From positions 23,222 through 87,221 of the IMG/VR virus record IMGVR_UViG_3300036795_000108: a DNA stretch of 64,000 nucleotides; one strand, written 5' to 3'. Positions within the stretch are counted from its first letter, which is position 1. Each line of letters starts with the position of its first letter. The notes beneath the pieces are model-generated. The model did not search any database, had not been told where the DNA came from, and saw only the letters and a list, made by a program, of their open reading frames with translations. Source of the stretch: a virus. Position numbers and translations under genes: made by a program. Shown here piece after piece: positions 63,567 to 64,000 of this stretch.

Positions 63567-63758
63567 TCAGAGAGCATGACCGACGCCCTCGCGGTTAGCC
63601 CAAAAGTCATCATGCGCCTCACGCAACGCCACGTCAAGGCGAAGCGCCTCGCGGTGGGGATCGCGGCGGTGGCTCTCCGGCGAGCTGGACGTCGGACACC
63701 TCGAGGACGACGGGTCGATCTCAAGCGCGCCACCGGCTTCCACCGGCCGGCCGCTCAC
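63567..63758 (-). CDS. hypothetical protein
   Basis: ORF in the minus-strand run. Confidence 0.35.
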   Translation of the reverse strand: MSGRPVEAGGALEIDPSSSRCPTSSSPESHRRDPHREALRLDVALREAHDDFWANREGVGHAL

Positions 63759-64000
63759 CGCGGCCTACGACCCTGCTCCAAGTCGCGCCGAGCCGCCAGT
63801 ATCTGTTCGGCACCGAGGACGCCAAGTCCGCTGGCAACCAGCACGGGCTCATCAGCGCTGAGTGGCGCCCGGAGGGCGCCGACGATGAGGAAGGCGTCAG
63901 CCGGCAGTCGCGGCGCGGCCTTCCTCGAGCGTTGGCGGCGCCGCGGCGCCCAGCCGCTCGGCCATCACGTCGCAGAACGTAGCGCTGAGATCGACTCCAA

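Noticed and set aside
1-64000. tRNA, rRNA, attP/attL/attR or host flanks
   Set aside because: None was recognisable by eye. The whole window appears to be phage sequence.

Overview
This is a 64-kb segment of a high-GC siphovirus-type (HK97-fold) phage or prophage. An actinobacterial host, probably Thermoleophilia/Solirubrobacterales, is inferred from host-like nucleoid proteins and a DUF6131-like gene. Almost all genes are on the minus strand. From right to left they are: C5 DNA methyltransferase, DUF6283, RlpA-like and papain-like enzymes; terminase large subunit with a class-3-type LAGLIDADG intein; DnaQ exonuclease and an amino-MTase; a portal-MuF fusion with a second intein; a membrane/collagen cassette; prohead protease; glycoside-hydrolase and beta-helix spike proteins; a tyrosine recombinase; capsid, neck and tail genes; a 2541-aa tape measure; a lysis cassette; and RecT-like/PD-(D/E)XK recombination genes. 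Three glycosyltransferases lie on the plus strand. The most striking feature is the MuF intein. Its insert has no endonuclease in its own frame. Instead, the opposite strand encodes an HTH-HTH-Vsr/DUF559-like endonuclease nested entirely inside the intein, in antiparallel codon register, with both strands open. All family assignments come from motif recognition by eye, not from database searches.
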